Shown here in pieces: positions 11,882 through 25,855 of a stretch of DNA of 64,000 nt. Every line of letters begins with the position of its first letter. The stretch's first letter is position 1. The notes beneath the pieces are model-generated. The model was not told where the DNA came from, made no database searches, and saw only the letters and a list, made by a program, of their open reading frames with translations. The stretch comes from Eledone cirrhosa (lineage: Eukaryota), in the NCBI GenBank assembly GCA_964016885.1, contig OZ024743.1, forward strand, positions 320,912,001-320,976,000. The letters run 5' to 3'. Position numbers and translations under genes: made by a program.

Positions 11882-12490
11882 GTCAGGTCACCAGTTGGTG
11901 CTACTGGTAACATGTATCCCAGTACAACCTGTCTCATGGTCGGGTCGTTGGCGACTAAACTGGCAACCCCACCAAGGTTTCTTGGTGAGGAGGGTGACTT
12001 TGGACATCCTGCAGGACTAAAAACAAAACCTGTCAAAGGGCAAGGGAGCTCTTAAGACTCAATAGCCATCCAAAATCACCGGGAGAGATGACCCCTTAGC
12101 CTTTGTCAAGGCAGAATTCTAGGAGAAGGAAAACTCTGATATAACACCTGCAACTCTGATGGTATCCAATGATGTTGACTTGTTCTTCTTTTTGGTAAAT
12201 ATCATCTTGGTTAAGAGAGTGGGACTGGCTTTGTGCAGTGCCTTTGCTCACTATAAAAGCTTCACAGCACAGGCATTGCTTTATATCTGGAGATCTCTCT
12301 GCACTTGTCATCACATGGTACCATGGGCCCTGCACTATGTGTCAATAATGGTCACAAGTGTAGTCTTTGTACCAGAGTTTTCAAGTCACTGGCTGGACTA
12401 AAAAGTCACACTTGTTTAGCGCATCGGTAGGGTTTCTCCTACATGGATATAAAGTGGTGGCCGTACTCGAAAACGAGTTGGCAGCCACCA
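11882..12490 (+). mobile_element. 609-bp non-autonomous RTE-derived element, copy 1
   Basis: 5' part has the ctaggagaaggaaaactctga motif recalled from RTE 5' UTRs. 3' part encodes a C2H2 finger followed by the stem-loop actcg-aaaa-cgagt. Flanked by (TATG)n/(TA)n. Confidence 0.75.
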
Positions 12491-12513
12491 TATATGTATG
12501 TATACATATATAT

Positions 12514-13119
12514 GTCAGGTCACCAGTTGGTGCTACTGGTAACATGTATCCCAGTACAACCTGGCTCATGGTCGGGACGTTGGCGACTAAACTGGCAACC
12601 CCACCAAGGTTTCTAGATGAGGAGGGTGACTTTGGACATCCTGCGGGACTAAAATCAAAACCTGTCAAAAGGCAAAGGAGCTCTTAAGAGTCAATGGCCA
12701 TCCAAAATCACCGGTAGAAATGACCCCTTAGCCTTTGTCAAGGCAAAATTCTAGAAGGAAAACTCTGATATAACACCTGCAACCCTGATGGTATCCACTG
12801 ATGTTGACTTGTTCTTCTTTTTGGTAAATATCATCTTGGTTAAAAGAGTGGGACCGGCTTTGTGCAGTGCCCTTGCTCACTATAAAAGATTCACGGCACA
12901 GGCATTGTTTTATATCTGGAGATCTCTCTGTACTTGTCGTCACATGGTACCATGGGCCCAGCACTATGTGTCAATAATTGTCGCAAGTGTAGTGTTTGTA
13001 CCAGAGATTTCAAGTCGCTGGCTGGATTAAAAAGTCACACTCGTTCAGCGTATCGGTAGGGGTTCTCCTGCATGGATATAAAGTAGTGGCTGTACTCGAA
13101 AACGAGTTAGCAGCCAACA
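12514..13119 (+). mobile_element. RTE-derived element, copy 2 (tandem to copy 1)
   Basis: Full-length, highly similar to copy 1, separated from it by 23 nt of TATG/TA repeat. Confidence 0.75.
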
Positions 13120-13139
13120 TACATATATATATATATATA

Positions 13140-13256
<117 letters not shown>

Positions 13257-13265
13257 ATATATGTA

Positions 13266-13348
13266 TGGTGGCTGCTAACTCGTTTTCGAGTACAGCCACT
13301 ACTTTATATCCATGCAGGAGAACCCCTACCGATACGCTGAACGAGTGT
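13266..13348 (-). repeat. Inverted duplicate of the 3' 83 bp of copy 2
   Basis: Reverse complement of 13037-13119, carrying copy-2-specific variants. Confidence 0.85.
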
Positions 13349-13497
13349 ATATATATAAAAGGAACGGTCGACTTTCGTCAAATCGGACCGATGAAACAAT
13401 GTTTCCATTGGTCATTTCAATTGCTAATACCATCCATCGGTAGAAGGAGCAACGTGAAATAAAGTGTCTTGCTCATAACGCACATAACGCACCGCCC

Positions 13498-13552
<55 letters not shown>

Positions 13553-13681
13553 ATGATATTATTTATAGTTATGTATATACTATAAACAGTAAAGATCAGT
13601 AATTTATTACTACCTTATCACCAGTAAGGGAAATACCTCAATGTAAGAACTTCAGGTGTTTTACAGAGCATGAATATAAAT

Positions 13682-13725
<44 letters not shown>

Positions 13726-13794
13726 CATAAGTACTTATTCATAGGTCAGCATTCATATGTGATCATACTTAAATATCTGCACCTTTTATTGCAG

Positions 13795-14028
13795 TCATGC
13801 ACATGTTTACTCGTGTAACCGTGGCTTACATAGAAGGAACTGTTCTGGAAGAGACAAACGACACGCAAACGGAAATCTGTGCTCACAGATGTCTCAAAAA
13901 TAAGAAATGTAAATCATTTAATTACGATGAACTTGTAAAACGTTGTCAACTCTTTGGTTTCAATGCTGCTACAACTGTCACTTTGACACCCAGTGTATGT
14001 TCATACAGGGATTACTATCAACTAATTG
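13795..14028 (+). CDS. Exon encoding PAN/Apple domain 1
   Basis: cttttattgcag|...|gtaagt; 234 nt, phase 1-1; CAHRCLKNKKCKSFNYDELVKRCQL..DYYQ matches the PAN C-x3-C-x5-C-SF-Y...C-L pattern. Confidence 0.88.
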
Positions 14029-14436
14029 GTAAGTATGAATGTCATTAAAGACAATGTGATCCAAACCTTAGGAAGAAAATTTTAAATTCAATATTCAGTA
14101 AATGGAATTATAAAGTGTAAAGTAAGTACGTAGAATGTCATCGACTGAACAATTTTGATTCCATTTCCTTGTTATTGCTCGTAAGAGAAAAGAAAGTGTG
14201 TTGATATGTTTATGAAATTATAACTGTAGCTTTGAGCATATTGTTTACCTTTGTCTTAGCTTACTTCCATTTTCAGTTCGGTATTTCAAACTTGCTTGAA
14301 CTGGCTTTCTTAAAATAGTTTTAACAATACGCCCCCCACCAACACACACTCATTGTATGTATGTATGTATGTATGTATGTATGTATGTATGTATGTATGT
14401 ATGTATGTATGTATGTATGTATGTATGTATGTATGT

Positions 14437-15045
14437 GTCAGGTCACCAGTTGGTGCTACTGGTAATATGAATCCCAGTACAACCTGTCTCATGATCGGGT
14501 CGTTGGCGACTAAACTGTCAACCCCACCAAGGTTTCTTGGTGAGGAGGGTGACTTTGGACATCCTGCAGGACTAAAAACAAAACCTGTCAAAGGGAAAAT
14601 GAGCTCTTAAGAGTCAATGGCAATCCAAAATCACCGGGAGAGATAATCCCTTAGCCTTTGTCAAGGCAGAATTCTAGGAGAAGGAAAACTCTGATATAAC
14701 ACCTGCAACTCTGATGGTATCCAATGATGTTGACTTGTTCTTCTTTTTGGTAAATATCATCTTGGTTAAGAGAGTGGGACTGGCTTTGTGCACTGCCTTT
14801 GCTCACTATAAAAGATTCACGGCACAGGCATTGTTTTATATCTGGAGATCTCTCTGCACTTGTCGTCACATGGTACCATGGGCCCAGCACTATGTGTCAA
14901 TAATTGTCACAAGTGTAGTGTTTGTACCAGAGTTTTCAAGTCGCTGGCTGGACTAAAAAGTCACACTCGTTCAGTGCATCGGTAGGAGTTCTCCTACATG
15001 GATATAAAGTAGTGGCCGTACTCGAAAACGAGTTGGCAGCCACCA
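14437..15045 (+). mobile_element. RTE-derived element, copy 3
   Basis: Full-length 609 bp, embedded in (TATG)n on both sides. Confidence 0.75.
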
Positions 15046-15259
15046 TGTATGTGTGTATGTATGTATGTATGTATGTATGTATGTATGTATGTATGTATGT
15101 TCTTCTGGTTTTATAATTTCACAAATTTTTGCCAATAGAGCGAGAGAGTCGGTTTCTAACATAGTTACAAGACTCTCACACGTCCATGATGCTCATGCTT
15201 AAGTATCAAGCTATGGTATTACTCGAAACCTAATTGCAGCCATTATGTATATATGTATG

Positions 15260-15313
<54 letters not shown>

Positions 15314-16410
15314 GTGTGGGATGCTTAAAGCGCCCGTAAGTGGTATGCCGTTTGAGCACTCGATGCTCTTACAGAGCAGAGTATAATATCACATAAGAAA
15401 CGGAGAATCAGTGGTGCGACGAATAAGATTTACTAGACATATTACAATCGTTTCTCTGGCGACCAGCTTGAGGCCCGTTCGATGCAATGATGAAACCTGA
15501 CTCCGAAATCGTAACATCCTCAGAAATGTCTCGATTCTACGAAGCAGAGTTTCCATATATATATAAAAGGAAAAAAAAAAATTTCTCTTTCTACTAATCG
15601 TCTTTTTCTCCCTATTTTCATATATATATATAATTACATAAACGGAGAAAGCTATTAGCGATATTCCGACCAATTTCCAACTCACTCAACAAACATTTGA
15701 AAATGCCGGAGTATATTCCCAATTAAACGTTTGGGGTGCTAACTCTATTGTATTGTGTGGATAATTGGCTGTATTAATTTATATGAGATATATCAAATAT
15801 GATAAATATCTCATCTCCCAAACGATCGTTTCATTATAAGATTTCTACATGGTGGGTGAAATTATATCAAGTTATGTAGAAACTTGTGTAAGATCAATGG
15901 ATTCTTATGCAAGTGGGCACTTATAAATCTTCAGTGGGTGCCCAATAATATTAATATTAATAACTAAATCAACATCAATATTTAGCGATAATCACCATCA
16001 GTGCTAGAAGAAGCTGTTAGGTTGTAAGTCCAGTAGTTCTAAAGAAAAACTCACACTGTCCCTAAAATGGGAGGAGGAGGATACCGGGAAAAATAATATA
16101 CACGCAGGTCATTGAACTCTGACAAGAATTCAAGCCTCGTGCGAAGAACTCAATTGGATATAAAAAAATAAGTGTGCACTGTTTAAGGACACATAGAGAT
16201 ATTTTCTCAGGCAAAATAACAGATATGAGATACAGGAACAAACAATCAATATTCATATAAAAAAATAAACAAAGAGAGTCATACCTTATATCGGGAAAGT
16301 TCATATCTGGTGCTCCCAGAGTTGAACACATAATTACTTAAACGGAGAAAGCTATTAGCGATACTCCGACCAATTTCCAACTCACTCAACTAACATTAGG
16401 AAATACCGGA

Positions 16411-16477
<67 letters not shown>

Positions 16478-17622
16478 AATGATAAGAAACGAAAGGAGCT
16501 GTGTGGTTAATGTAAACAAAGTTTAAGAAGGTAGTATGGACGAAACAAGAGAAGAAAAGAAAAAGAAAAAAATCCTTCATCAGCTGTAAAAATCGAGATC
16601 AGAGAGAAACGAGAATAAACCAAGGATACAAAACAACATTACACAATTTTACATTATATTACATATTTCCTTGTTAAAGCAACTTTTTCAGAATGAAAGA
16701 AAACAGATATGTAGGTTTGGATCAGTGGGCCATAGGCAGAGTGATATAATCACACTAACAAAACATCGTCATGTATCTCGTGTCTAATCTTAATAGAAGA
16801 CTTTATTGTATCGATAAGATTTACCATTTTGATTCGTATGTTTTGTTCGGTGGCTTCGATTGTGAATTGATATTTTGGGTATGCCACTAATAATGGTACT
16901 TTTAAAAGAGGAAACACTTGTGTATATCTGTACATGAATCCCCGTGTATAATGTCTGGAAAATGCTTTCAATGTTTGAGCCAGAACATTATTTCATTTTA
17001 CATTGGACACGGCGTAAGACTTTAACCAAATAGCCACGCTTCCAATTAGACGGTTAACTATTGTGCATACATTATTGCTATGTATGTATTCAAAAGTATT
17101 TCCTAACCGATAGCCTAAATTTCTCTAATTGCACTTTCATTGGACCTCGAGATAAATTGTAACTGTGATCCTCTCATTAACGTTCTATAGTTATAAGTAA
17201 CATATGCTAATCCTTTGGATTAGCGCCCTCCTTGGGGATGTACTCTAGCAATAAGGTAAACTTGCTGGTTAGCTGCGTTCTACCAGAAAACTTTGGCTGT
17301 ATTTTGTATTACTTTAAACAAAGCTTTGTTCCATAAGCTGCATATTCGAGAGAGTAGTCACCATCCATCCGACACCTGTATTTGGACACAATATATTTTG
17401 TAATCGAACCCATAACCATAGGATACAAACATTATTATAACCCCACAAACACATTTACAGTTATACGTGGTAAGATATAAAGATAGTAAAAGAGAGAAAG
17501 AGGAGAGGGCTTATAAACGGGGATAGGTAGCAATTGTCATTTCTTATGCACCCATCTAATCGATAGAAGAGTTTGATGTCAACTAATGAAATTCATGTTT
17601 TTTTTTCCATCATATTTTCCAG

Positions 17623-17838
17623 AAAGCAAAAATGTTGTAATCAACGGAGCAAGTATAATAACTTGTGTTCATCTTGCTGAGTTCGGTAATATTAATACCG
17701 AAAAAGAATGTAAAGCGAAATGCCTGGTTAATAAATGCAAAGCAATGGAATTCTCTCAATTTAACTCCGAATGTAGTGTCACACACAATGATCCAAAGAC
17801 ATACGGCCTTGTTGGTGATGATTTCTGGACATTTTCTG
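17623..17838 (+). CDS. Exon encoding PAN/Apple domain 2
   Basis: catattttccag|...|gtagat; 216 nt, phase 1-1; EKECKAKCLVNKCKAMEFSQFNSECSV...WTF. Confidence 0.8.
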
Positions 17839-17870
17839 GTAGATATTTCATATTATCAATAAAGAAATTA

Positions 17871-17923
<53 letters not shown>

Positions 17924-18112
17924 GGGCGGTGGATTGGCAGTATCAGTAGAGGGTCGGACGCCATCCTTTGCAGCACAGTTACGTCCCTTTACGGACTGAG
18001 TTCAAAACCCGCCGAGGTTAACTTTGCCTTTCATCCTTAAGGGGTCGATAAAATAAAGTACCAGTAATACACTGGGATAATTGCTGGCCTTGTGCCAAAA
18101 GTAGAAACAATT
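17924..18112 (+). mobile_element. tRNA-derived SINE with Meta-domain-like core (other copies near 11400-11715, 19295-19490, 20112-20230, 29130-29317, 36697-36880, 40160-40340, 42010-42140, 52365-52490, 54720-54830)
   Basis: Degenerate A/B boxes (tggcagtatc.gtaga; gagttcaaa.cc), core gcctttcatcctt..ggggtcgataaaa, and (ATT)n tail; about 10 copies in the window. Confidence 0.75.
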
Positions 18113-18162
18113 ATTATTATTATTATTATTAGACTGAGACTCAAAGAACAATTATTATTATT

Positions 18163-20070
18163 ATTGTTCTTTGAGTCTCAGTCATTGATGTTAGTTAACT
18201 GAAAAGTTTGTTCAAATGAATATCAAGCCGCTACCTGCAGCCTCATATATTCAGGACGTACCGGAGGCTTCTTGCTGTTCCCAACAAGCATGCCTTTTGA
18301 AGTGTTCCAAAAAAGTGTGCTGGACTAATGTCCCTTAACCATCCTTGGAAACTCCTTGAGATAATACCTAGTGCTCCTATGACAATTGGACGAGCTTGAT
18401 CTCACGACAGTCCCAAACCTTTTAAACCCCCACTTTAAATGGTGTCGGATAATTTTCTCCTTCTCCTTTTCTTGCACTCTTTTGTTAAAGGGGCAGGCTA
18501 CATCTACAATTAGATACGATCTTTTGTCCTTGTCAAAAACCACCAGGTCAGGCCTATTGTGTTCTACTTTCTTGTCTGTCTGTAACCTTCACCTGATCGT
18601 TTTCTATCAACGACTCTGGCTTATGCTCACACCACTTCTCAGAATGTGGTAAATTATTTAGTTGGCATAGATGCCAGTGAATCACCTTTCCTATTATATC
18701 ATGCCTCTAGCCTTTATAGTGAGTCTGGGCTAGGTGTTTACACTCGGATACGATGTGAGCCACAGTCTCCCCCTCTCTCTCTCTCTCTCTCTCTCCACAG
18801 ATCCTACACAGTGAACTAGCCTCCTCCTTGTCAATATGGTGTTTCACCAACTTCGTTGAGGGCTTGCTCTTATGCAGCCATTAGCATTCTTTCTGGAGCT
18901 TTTTTAAGGTCTCCTCTTTTTAGCCAGCTCCATGTCTGTGGATCTCTGAATTCCGTTTTCTTAAAGAAGGTGCTATGAAGGGATTTTTCATGAAGGCTGC
19001 TTTTCCTCTTTGTTGTTATCTGCTCCTTGAACACCCCCTGGTCTATTGTCTTCTTCAGTACAACTTTGTGCATTGGCTCCCTATTCTCAGACACATAATT
19101 GTGCAGACTGTTTTTCTCCATCTGAACACAGTCCTCTATGTTGATAAGACCTCTTCCATCAGATCTCTTTAAGTAGAGTCTATCAACATCACTCCTCTTT
19201 TAGAATATGCTGTAGGTGGTCATTAGTTTCCTAGTCTTTCTATCCATTTCGTTTTGTTCAGTAACATTCCATTTCAGAATTCCCGCACTGTACCTAATAA
19301 TTGTTTCTACTTTTGGCACAGGGCCAGCAATTATTCCAGTGCATTACTGGTACTTTATTTTATCGACCCCGTAAGGAAGAAAGGCAAAGTCAACCTCGGC
19401 GGGATTTGAACTCAGATCATAAAGGGACATAACTATGCTAGAAAGCATGGCGTCCGACCCTCTACCGATACTGCCAATCTACCGCCCTATACCTAATAAT
19501 AGACACAGCTCGGGAATGTACTGCACTTATGACATTCCTACTATTTAGATGTGATTTTAGTATGTTCCTTACTCTCCTTATGTATTCAGATCTTACCAAA
19601 TCCTTCATTTTATTCTTCTTGATGTCATCTGTCTCCAGAACACTCGAATATTTGTATCTCTCTTCAGTGTCGATTTCCTTTACTATATCACCTGTTGGCA
19701 CCTGAATTCCGTTGATTCTGTTCAATGTACCCCTCTTCATCACTAGGACTCCACACTTATTAATACTAAATTCCATACATATGTCATTGCTGAAAATATG
19801 GACAGTGTTAACAAGTACATCCAACTCCTTCACGCTTTTCCCAAAGAGTTTTAGATCGTCCATGAAGAGGGGGTGGTTGTTTGTAAGCTCTCCTCTTCCC
19901 AGCTTGTATCCTGCTTTCACTTTTCGCAATATGAGGGACAAGGGTATGAGGGTAAGGACAAACAACAAAGGGGACAAACTATCTCCTTGGAAGATACCTA
20001 TCTTGATCTTCACGCCTCCCAAGGATTCTCGACCTGATGTTAGCTCTGTTTCCCAGGATTTAATACTTTT
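18163..20070 (-). pseudogene. 5'-truncated, disrupted R4/Dong-like non-LTR retrotransposon (RT + restriction-like endonuclease), interrupted by a SINE
   Basis: GIFQGDSLSPLLFVL, NHPLFMDDLKL, and HNRPDLVVFD...IVDVACP; (AAT)n tail. Confidence 0.85.
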
Positions 20071-20256
20071 ACTTAATAGCTGTCTGATGTCTTATTATTA
20101 TTATTATTATTGGTCTGAGTTCAAATCACGCCGAGGTTCACTTTGCCTTTCTTCCTTACGGGGTCGATAAAATAAAGTACCAGTAATGTACTGGGTAATT
20201 GCTGGCCTTGTGCCAAAAGTAGAAACAATTATTATTATTATTATTTTACCAATAGA

Positions 20257-21448
20257 GAGAGTCGGTTTCTAACATAGAGACAAGACTCTCTCATTGGAAT
20301 TTACACAACATCAACTAGGTAGATTATGTATGCATGCATGCATGTGTAGATATGGATGTTATTGTATGTGTGGATGTGTATGTTTTGAGTTGTATGTGTT
20401 CATGTGTATATGCTTTGTATCTGTACATGTGTATATGCAGTTATTAGATGCAAAGTTTTTGGAATGTTTTACATATTTTTTACTGTTCCATTAATGGATT
20501 GTACTTGTAACTTCTTAACTAGTTGTGTTCTTTCTGTTCTTGTGAAGCCTAGCTTCTCAAGATTGTTATTGAGGCAGTTACTAACATACCCCTGTGCCCC
20601 AATAATCACAGGCATAAATCTGAAGGTGTAATCAGGGTGGAGTATCTGCAGATTTCTCATCAGTTCTGCATAAATATTCTCCTTTTAACGCTAATCTTTG
20701 ATATTATATTGGCATTTGCTGGGCAGCTAATTTCCACTACTGTGCATGCTTTCTTTTCTCTGTCCCATATCATAATATCTGGTCTGTTATGTCTGCATTT
20801 TATTGGGGTTTTTACTGGAACATTCCACCAGTACTCTTTCATATTATGTATATGGATGTCTTCCACATTGCTGTAGCTTTTAATGTATTTATTATCGGGG
20901 CTATCTTTTCTATGGATTGTATTATACAGTCTTTTGGCCACTACATCATGCCTCATAGGTAGATAGTACCACTATGGCATCTTTGGACAGCTGTTGATGA
21001 CAAGGGTGACATCTTCGTTGTTAATTCTAGGTGTTTTGCCTGCATCCCTATCACTTTTGTGAATCAGGTATTTTTGTGTTAATTTCCTGTTCTTGGATTG
21101 CAAAAGCGTATCCTTCAAAGTGGGAGCTAATATAGCGGTTGTTGGTCCAAGATAGACTACTTTCCTTATCTACATTACTCTCACTCTGGAGCTTCCTGGC
21201 AACATATCCATGCATGAGTTTTTGCTGATAAGCATGCAGTTTTTCATCCATGGATTCACTGCGATACTGGTGAGCGACTTCCCTGGGTGTGAGTTTTTGA
21301 TTATCACACAGGGAATATCTCTCGAGGAATTCCTTCCCAACTCTCATGATATTATCTGTTTCATGCAGATTGACTTGCTCGAGAGACGTGAAGGTGTGTG
21401 GCTTAGTAGATAGAGTGTTGCATTCGTGAGGTTGCGCAAGATATTCTG
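20257..21448 (-). pseudogene. 3' fragment of a second restriction-endonuclease (R4-like) non-LTR element
   Basis: EGYAFAIQEQEINT, RHDVVAK, HNRPDIMIWD...VEISCP, FMPVIIGAQG; flanked by the direct repeat ttaccaataga (20246-20256, 21449-21459). Confidence 0.8.
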
Positions 21449-21552
21449 TTACCAATAGATAACTAAACTAATTTAAAATGTTACTCGACTCCTTTTACAA
21501 AATTTAGTAAATCAATTATACAGTCATATATATATATATATCTACTGTTTCC

Positions 21553-21637
<85 letters not shown>

Positions 21638-21842
21638 CGTGTATATGTGTGTGGGTGTGTGTATATATGTATGTAAATATTTATATGCATATATACATGT
21701 ATGTATATGTAGATGCATTTGTAATTTATATATAAATATATATGCTTGTGTGTGTGAGTGTATTTCTATGTATATACATATACTAGACAATACAATACAG
21801 ATTAACAGATAACTAATACATCATCAATTTCTCTACTTTCAG

Positions 21843-21880
21843 TAACTATGGATCAAATCCCGACAATGCCAGTAAATTAA
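21843..21880 (+). CDS. Probable terminal coding exon of PAN-domain gene, (V)TMDQIPTMPVN*
   Basis: ttctctactttcag| acceptor, phase 1, in-frame TAA. Confidence 0.5.
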
Positions 21881-23451
21881 TATAACTGATTTTCTACTTC
21901 GGAACAAAATATTAAACTGCTGACATAGAAAGTCTATTGGCAGATTCTCACAAATATATGGGCACACTTCCACCTACACAAACATACCTACGCAAACACA
22001 CACACAAACATAATACATGCACACACATATACATATATATGCATGTATATATATGTATATTGCTTGTAAATAAAGTACTGTAGCATTTGAACTTTGGTTT
22101 TAGACTATTTATTCTTCTTACTATTTTCATTTACATATTGATTAGATTGATAGGCTATGTGGTTGCTATTTGTACCTTTACTCATGGTGTGTGTTGTCAG
22201 GAGCTGGTGGCCAATAGTCTAACTGGCAAGGCACGCTTGAGATACTGCCAAAATATCAGTGTTGGAAATATCCAAGGTAAGGAGTTAGCAAGATCCTAGG
22301 GCTCCAAAAGCAGGAAACAAGGACGAAATGAGTCGGTATCGTGTTTTGTATAATTACCTATTACCTACAGGTAAACGTCCTTTGCATCCAATTCCTTGTC
22401 CATAGAATGTCCTAAGGCGCCTGGTTAATTTTCTCACGTGGGGTAAGAAGAAAACACTTGCGTACACGCTCTATTCTACAGGGGGATCTTTGGAACATTT
22501 ACACAGCATCTGCCCCGAAAAGCCATCACCAGATGCTTAATGTTGTTGTTGGAACCATAGCCACTGTCCTCCGTGCCAGAAAACAGTGTCATACCTAAAG
22601 GAAATCGTTTACATTTGTCAAAATCGGTGAGAAACCTTGCCATAACGAAGAACCAGGACGAATGTCCAAGTTTCATTGAGTAACACACACTAATAATTTG
22701 ATGACTACTAGAGAAGCAATTGACACAACTGTAAATGTTATAAGGGACAAGATGGGTTTATACGTTTATTTTAGTCCTTTTCAAGGAAGAAGCCCATGGA
22801 AAGGCAGGAAAGATGAGGTATCATATAGGACGGAATTTGTGCAAAAATAAAGGCAAATTTAAATTCCAACAGGACAGTGTATAATACATAGATCAACAGA
22901 ACGAGATGTAGCAAAACTTGAACATGGTGAGACATATGAGGAACCCTGTTAGGAGCCAACAGACCCCAGTACCTCTACCCATCACGGTAACTTGAACCTT
23001 CCAGTATAGTTCATCAACAACAGGCCAAGTGGTACCAGCCCACAAGTTATACAGAAGTCACAGCCAAATTCATACAATGGAAGCCAGCATAGAAAGGTTT
23101 ACCTCTAAAGCAGTGTTTCTCAACCTTTTTGACTCCCGGGCCCACTTTTAGCTCCCGAAAAATGTCCGGGCCCACTTATTTTACAAGCGTAAACTAGTGC
23201 TCAAAAACTATTCCGGATTATAACCCCCACATGATATATATATGCTTCTCAATCTTTTTGTTGTCCCGGCCCACTTTACTCCCTAGAAATTGCCAGAGTC
23301 AGTGCTCAAAAAGCATTCTGGAACACTTACCCCCATATGATCCTGACTGCATTTAAATTTCACGAGTGAAAAACACGAATTCTTGATAAAAAGTCAATAA
23401 AAAATAAGAAACAATTTAATGGTCGTTTTAGCAATGCTCAAATGCTCAGTG

Positions 23452-25279
23452 CTAGTGGCTGCACTGCTCCTGATGTCCTTCAACAAGACTGTCGATTTGG
23501 ACTTCAAAGGATTGGTTCAATTTGAGCTGCAAATCTCCCCTGTTGATGGTTTGAAGAAGGTTTCTTTTTCTCAAAAAAATATCATTTAGCGTGGAAAAAC
23601 CAGATTCAGCAAGCCACGTTGTAGGAAAAGAGAGAATAAAAGGAAAGGCTTGATCATAAAGGTTTGGAAATATTTTTTCCACATTAACCCAGCCGAGAAG
23701 GCCCTCGGGTTCCATTTTCCCCATCAATAGCGCATTCTCTTTGAGTTCCAGCAAGTCGACTGCAAGATTAGGATCCAGAGTTTCGTCGCTAATAACATCA
23801 ACGTTTTGAATGTCCAACAGCCACTGCGGGGTCTTCATGTCCAGTATATCATGAAATCGTCGTTTGAAATCAGTTTGTAAATTTCTTATGTGGTCGACGC
23901 AGCTGATCAAAACGGCGTCAGAAGGTGTGGTTTTGGAGAGATTTGGAAAGCATGCGAATTCAAATCTCTGCAGATGATTGGACCATAAACTATGCTTAGA
24001 GATGACGGATCGAATTTTTTCCGTACAGTACACTATTGTAGTCGCACGGCCTTGAAGGGTCTTGTTTAATGAACTAACGTGTGCAAAAATATCAGACAGA
24101 TAAAAAATGTTGGTCTTGGTATCGTTGTGGCTTAATTTTTCGACTAGGAGGCCTGCTCTTTCTCGTTGAATTCCTCTGCATGCCTCAGTCACCATTCGCT
24201 GTATGAATAGAAAAAGCGGATCCCATAATTTTACGAGACGATTTAGTGAATTTCCCTTGGAAAGCCAGCGGTATGTAAAACCTCGGTATGTAAAAGAAGT
24301 GCACGACGTTCTTCATTTTCACACAGTTCTGAAAACAATCGTTCGTAGACACCATTCGCTTTTACGAAGTTAATGCTTGAAATAGCACATTGAAGTGCAT
24401 GCTCCATGTCGCTACTTAGGCATTTGGCTGCAAGGTGTTGATGGTGAATGATGCAGTGTATGGATAAGACGTGCGGTGCGACTTTCTTAAGTTTTGCAAT
24501 GAATCCATTATGTACACCCGTCATGGCATTTGCACCGTCTGTGGCAATCTGAAGTAGATTAGAAAGTGGGATGTTTTTTTCTTCAAAATATTCATACACT
24601 GATGCAAAAATGGATTCGCTTTTTGTGTCTTTCAATGATTTCATAAAAAGCATTTCTTCACGAATACACGTTCCCTCAATGAACCGAACATAAGCAAGAA
24701 GAAATGCACAGTTATGAAGAGTCGTTTCATCAATTTTGAGAGAAAATTTGAGTACTCGAAGCTTCTGCACCAGCTGATTTTCAATATCTGCTGCCATTTC
24801 ATCCTGTCTGCGTTTGATTGTGTCGTTGGAAAGTGGAATTTTTGATAAAATATTGGCGGATTCTTCTCCCAGCATTTCCTTTGCACACGCAAGCATGGCG
24901 GTTTTACCAGGAGTTCGGCGATCGTGTGAGGTTTACATACCTTTGCGAGCATTTCACTTACGATATAACTCGATTTAAGTGCCTTTTTATTAACATCGTT
25001 CTTTTTTCGCATGAACATCTGCATCGGAAGTTGTGACTTTCTTCTGCGTGTTTCCAACTTATTCTTAAAATATTCAACACTTCTTCCAACGGACGTCGGG
25101 TGTGCAGCTTTTTGATGCGGTAATAACTTTGACTTCTTCATGGAATCATTTGTCATTAACTTTCCACACTCCACACATTCGGGCCTATCGGAATCGATTT
25201 CTGATGGTGCAAAGCCGAGATGTAGAAAGTCTGCATTATAGCTCCTAGTAAACGGTCGTTTGGTAGAATTCGATGACAT
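23452..25279 (-). pseudogene. Frameshifted hAT Buster-family transposase
   Basis: Three consecutive ORF pieces: zf-BED-like CVEC..H...HP; KPHTIAE.LVKP; IPLSNDTIKRR; IDETT; ATDGANAMTG; HCIIH; FPTTWLAESGFS. Confidence 0.9.
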
Positions 25280-25855
25280 GATCCTGACAAAATTAGATAA
25301 AACTAAAACGAAAGAAAACGGCAAAAAGTTGAGTACGGCAAAAAGGCTGGTAGTTGTTAGATATCATGGCAAATTAACAATTATGGTTTTGCGAGCCCTT
25401 TTCATGTATGTCATATTATTTAAGCAGCCGGGTGGTTCAAAGCAGGCTCAATCTGAACGCATCATTTTATTCTGAAGATATAAGTGCTTTATCACGCAAT
25501 GTAGAGAACTTGGCCAACAAAAGCGTTGACGGACCAAATTTTATTTGTGGAACTGTGATTCTAGACGCGATTACCGCGTACCAAAAAGCTATATAAATTG
25601 CTTAAAAAGGTACAAATTAATGTAATAGCATATTCTTTCTTTGTAAAATGCATTTTTACTAATAGTGTACATACGTTTGGCCCACTCTGTATGTTGCCTT
25701 AATGACATTAAAAATGTGGAACAACTTTATTATACAAGAAAAAAGTCATTGTTCGCTTTTAACATAAAGAATAACAATAAAAAGGTTGGGAATTATTTAT
25801 TGAAAACAGCATACTCACCTAGTAAAGACTGCAAAACAGATCCACAAGACAAAAT

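Noticed and set aside
15631-16412. About 80-bp direct repeat (15631-15715, 16331-16412) flanked by TA runs
   Set aside because: Likely an old Penelope-type tandem, but no ORF or intact ribozyme supports a call.
16500-16590. Minus-strand CTGATGAagga core
   Set aside because: GAAA and stem I partner are missing; at best a decayed remnant.
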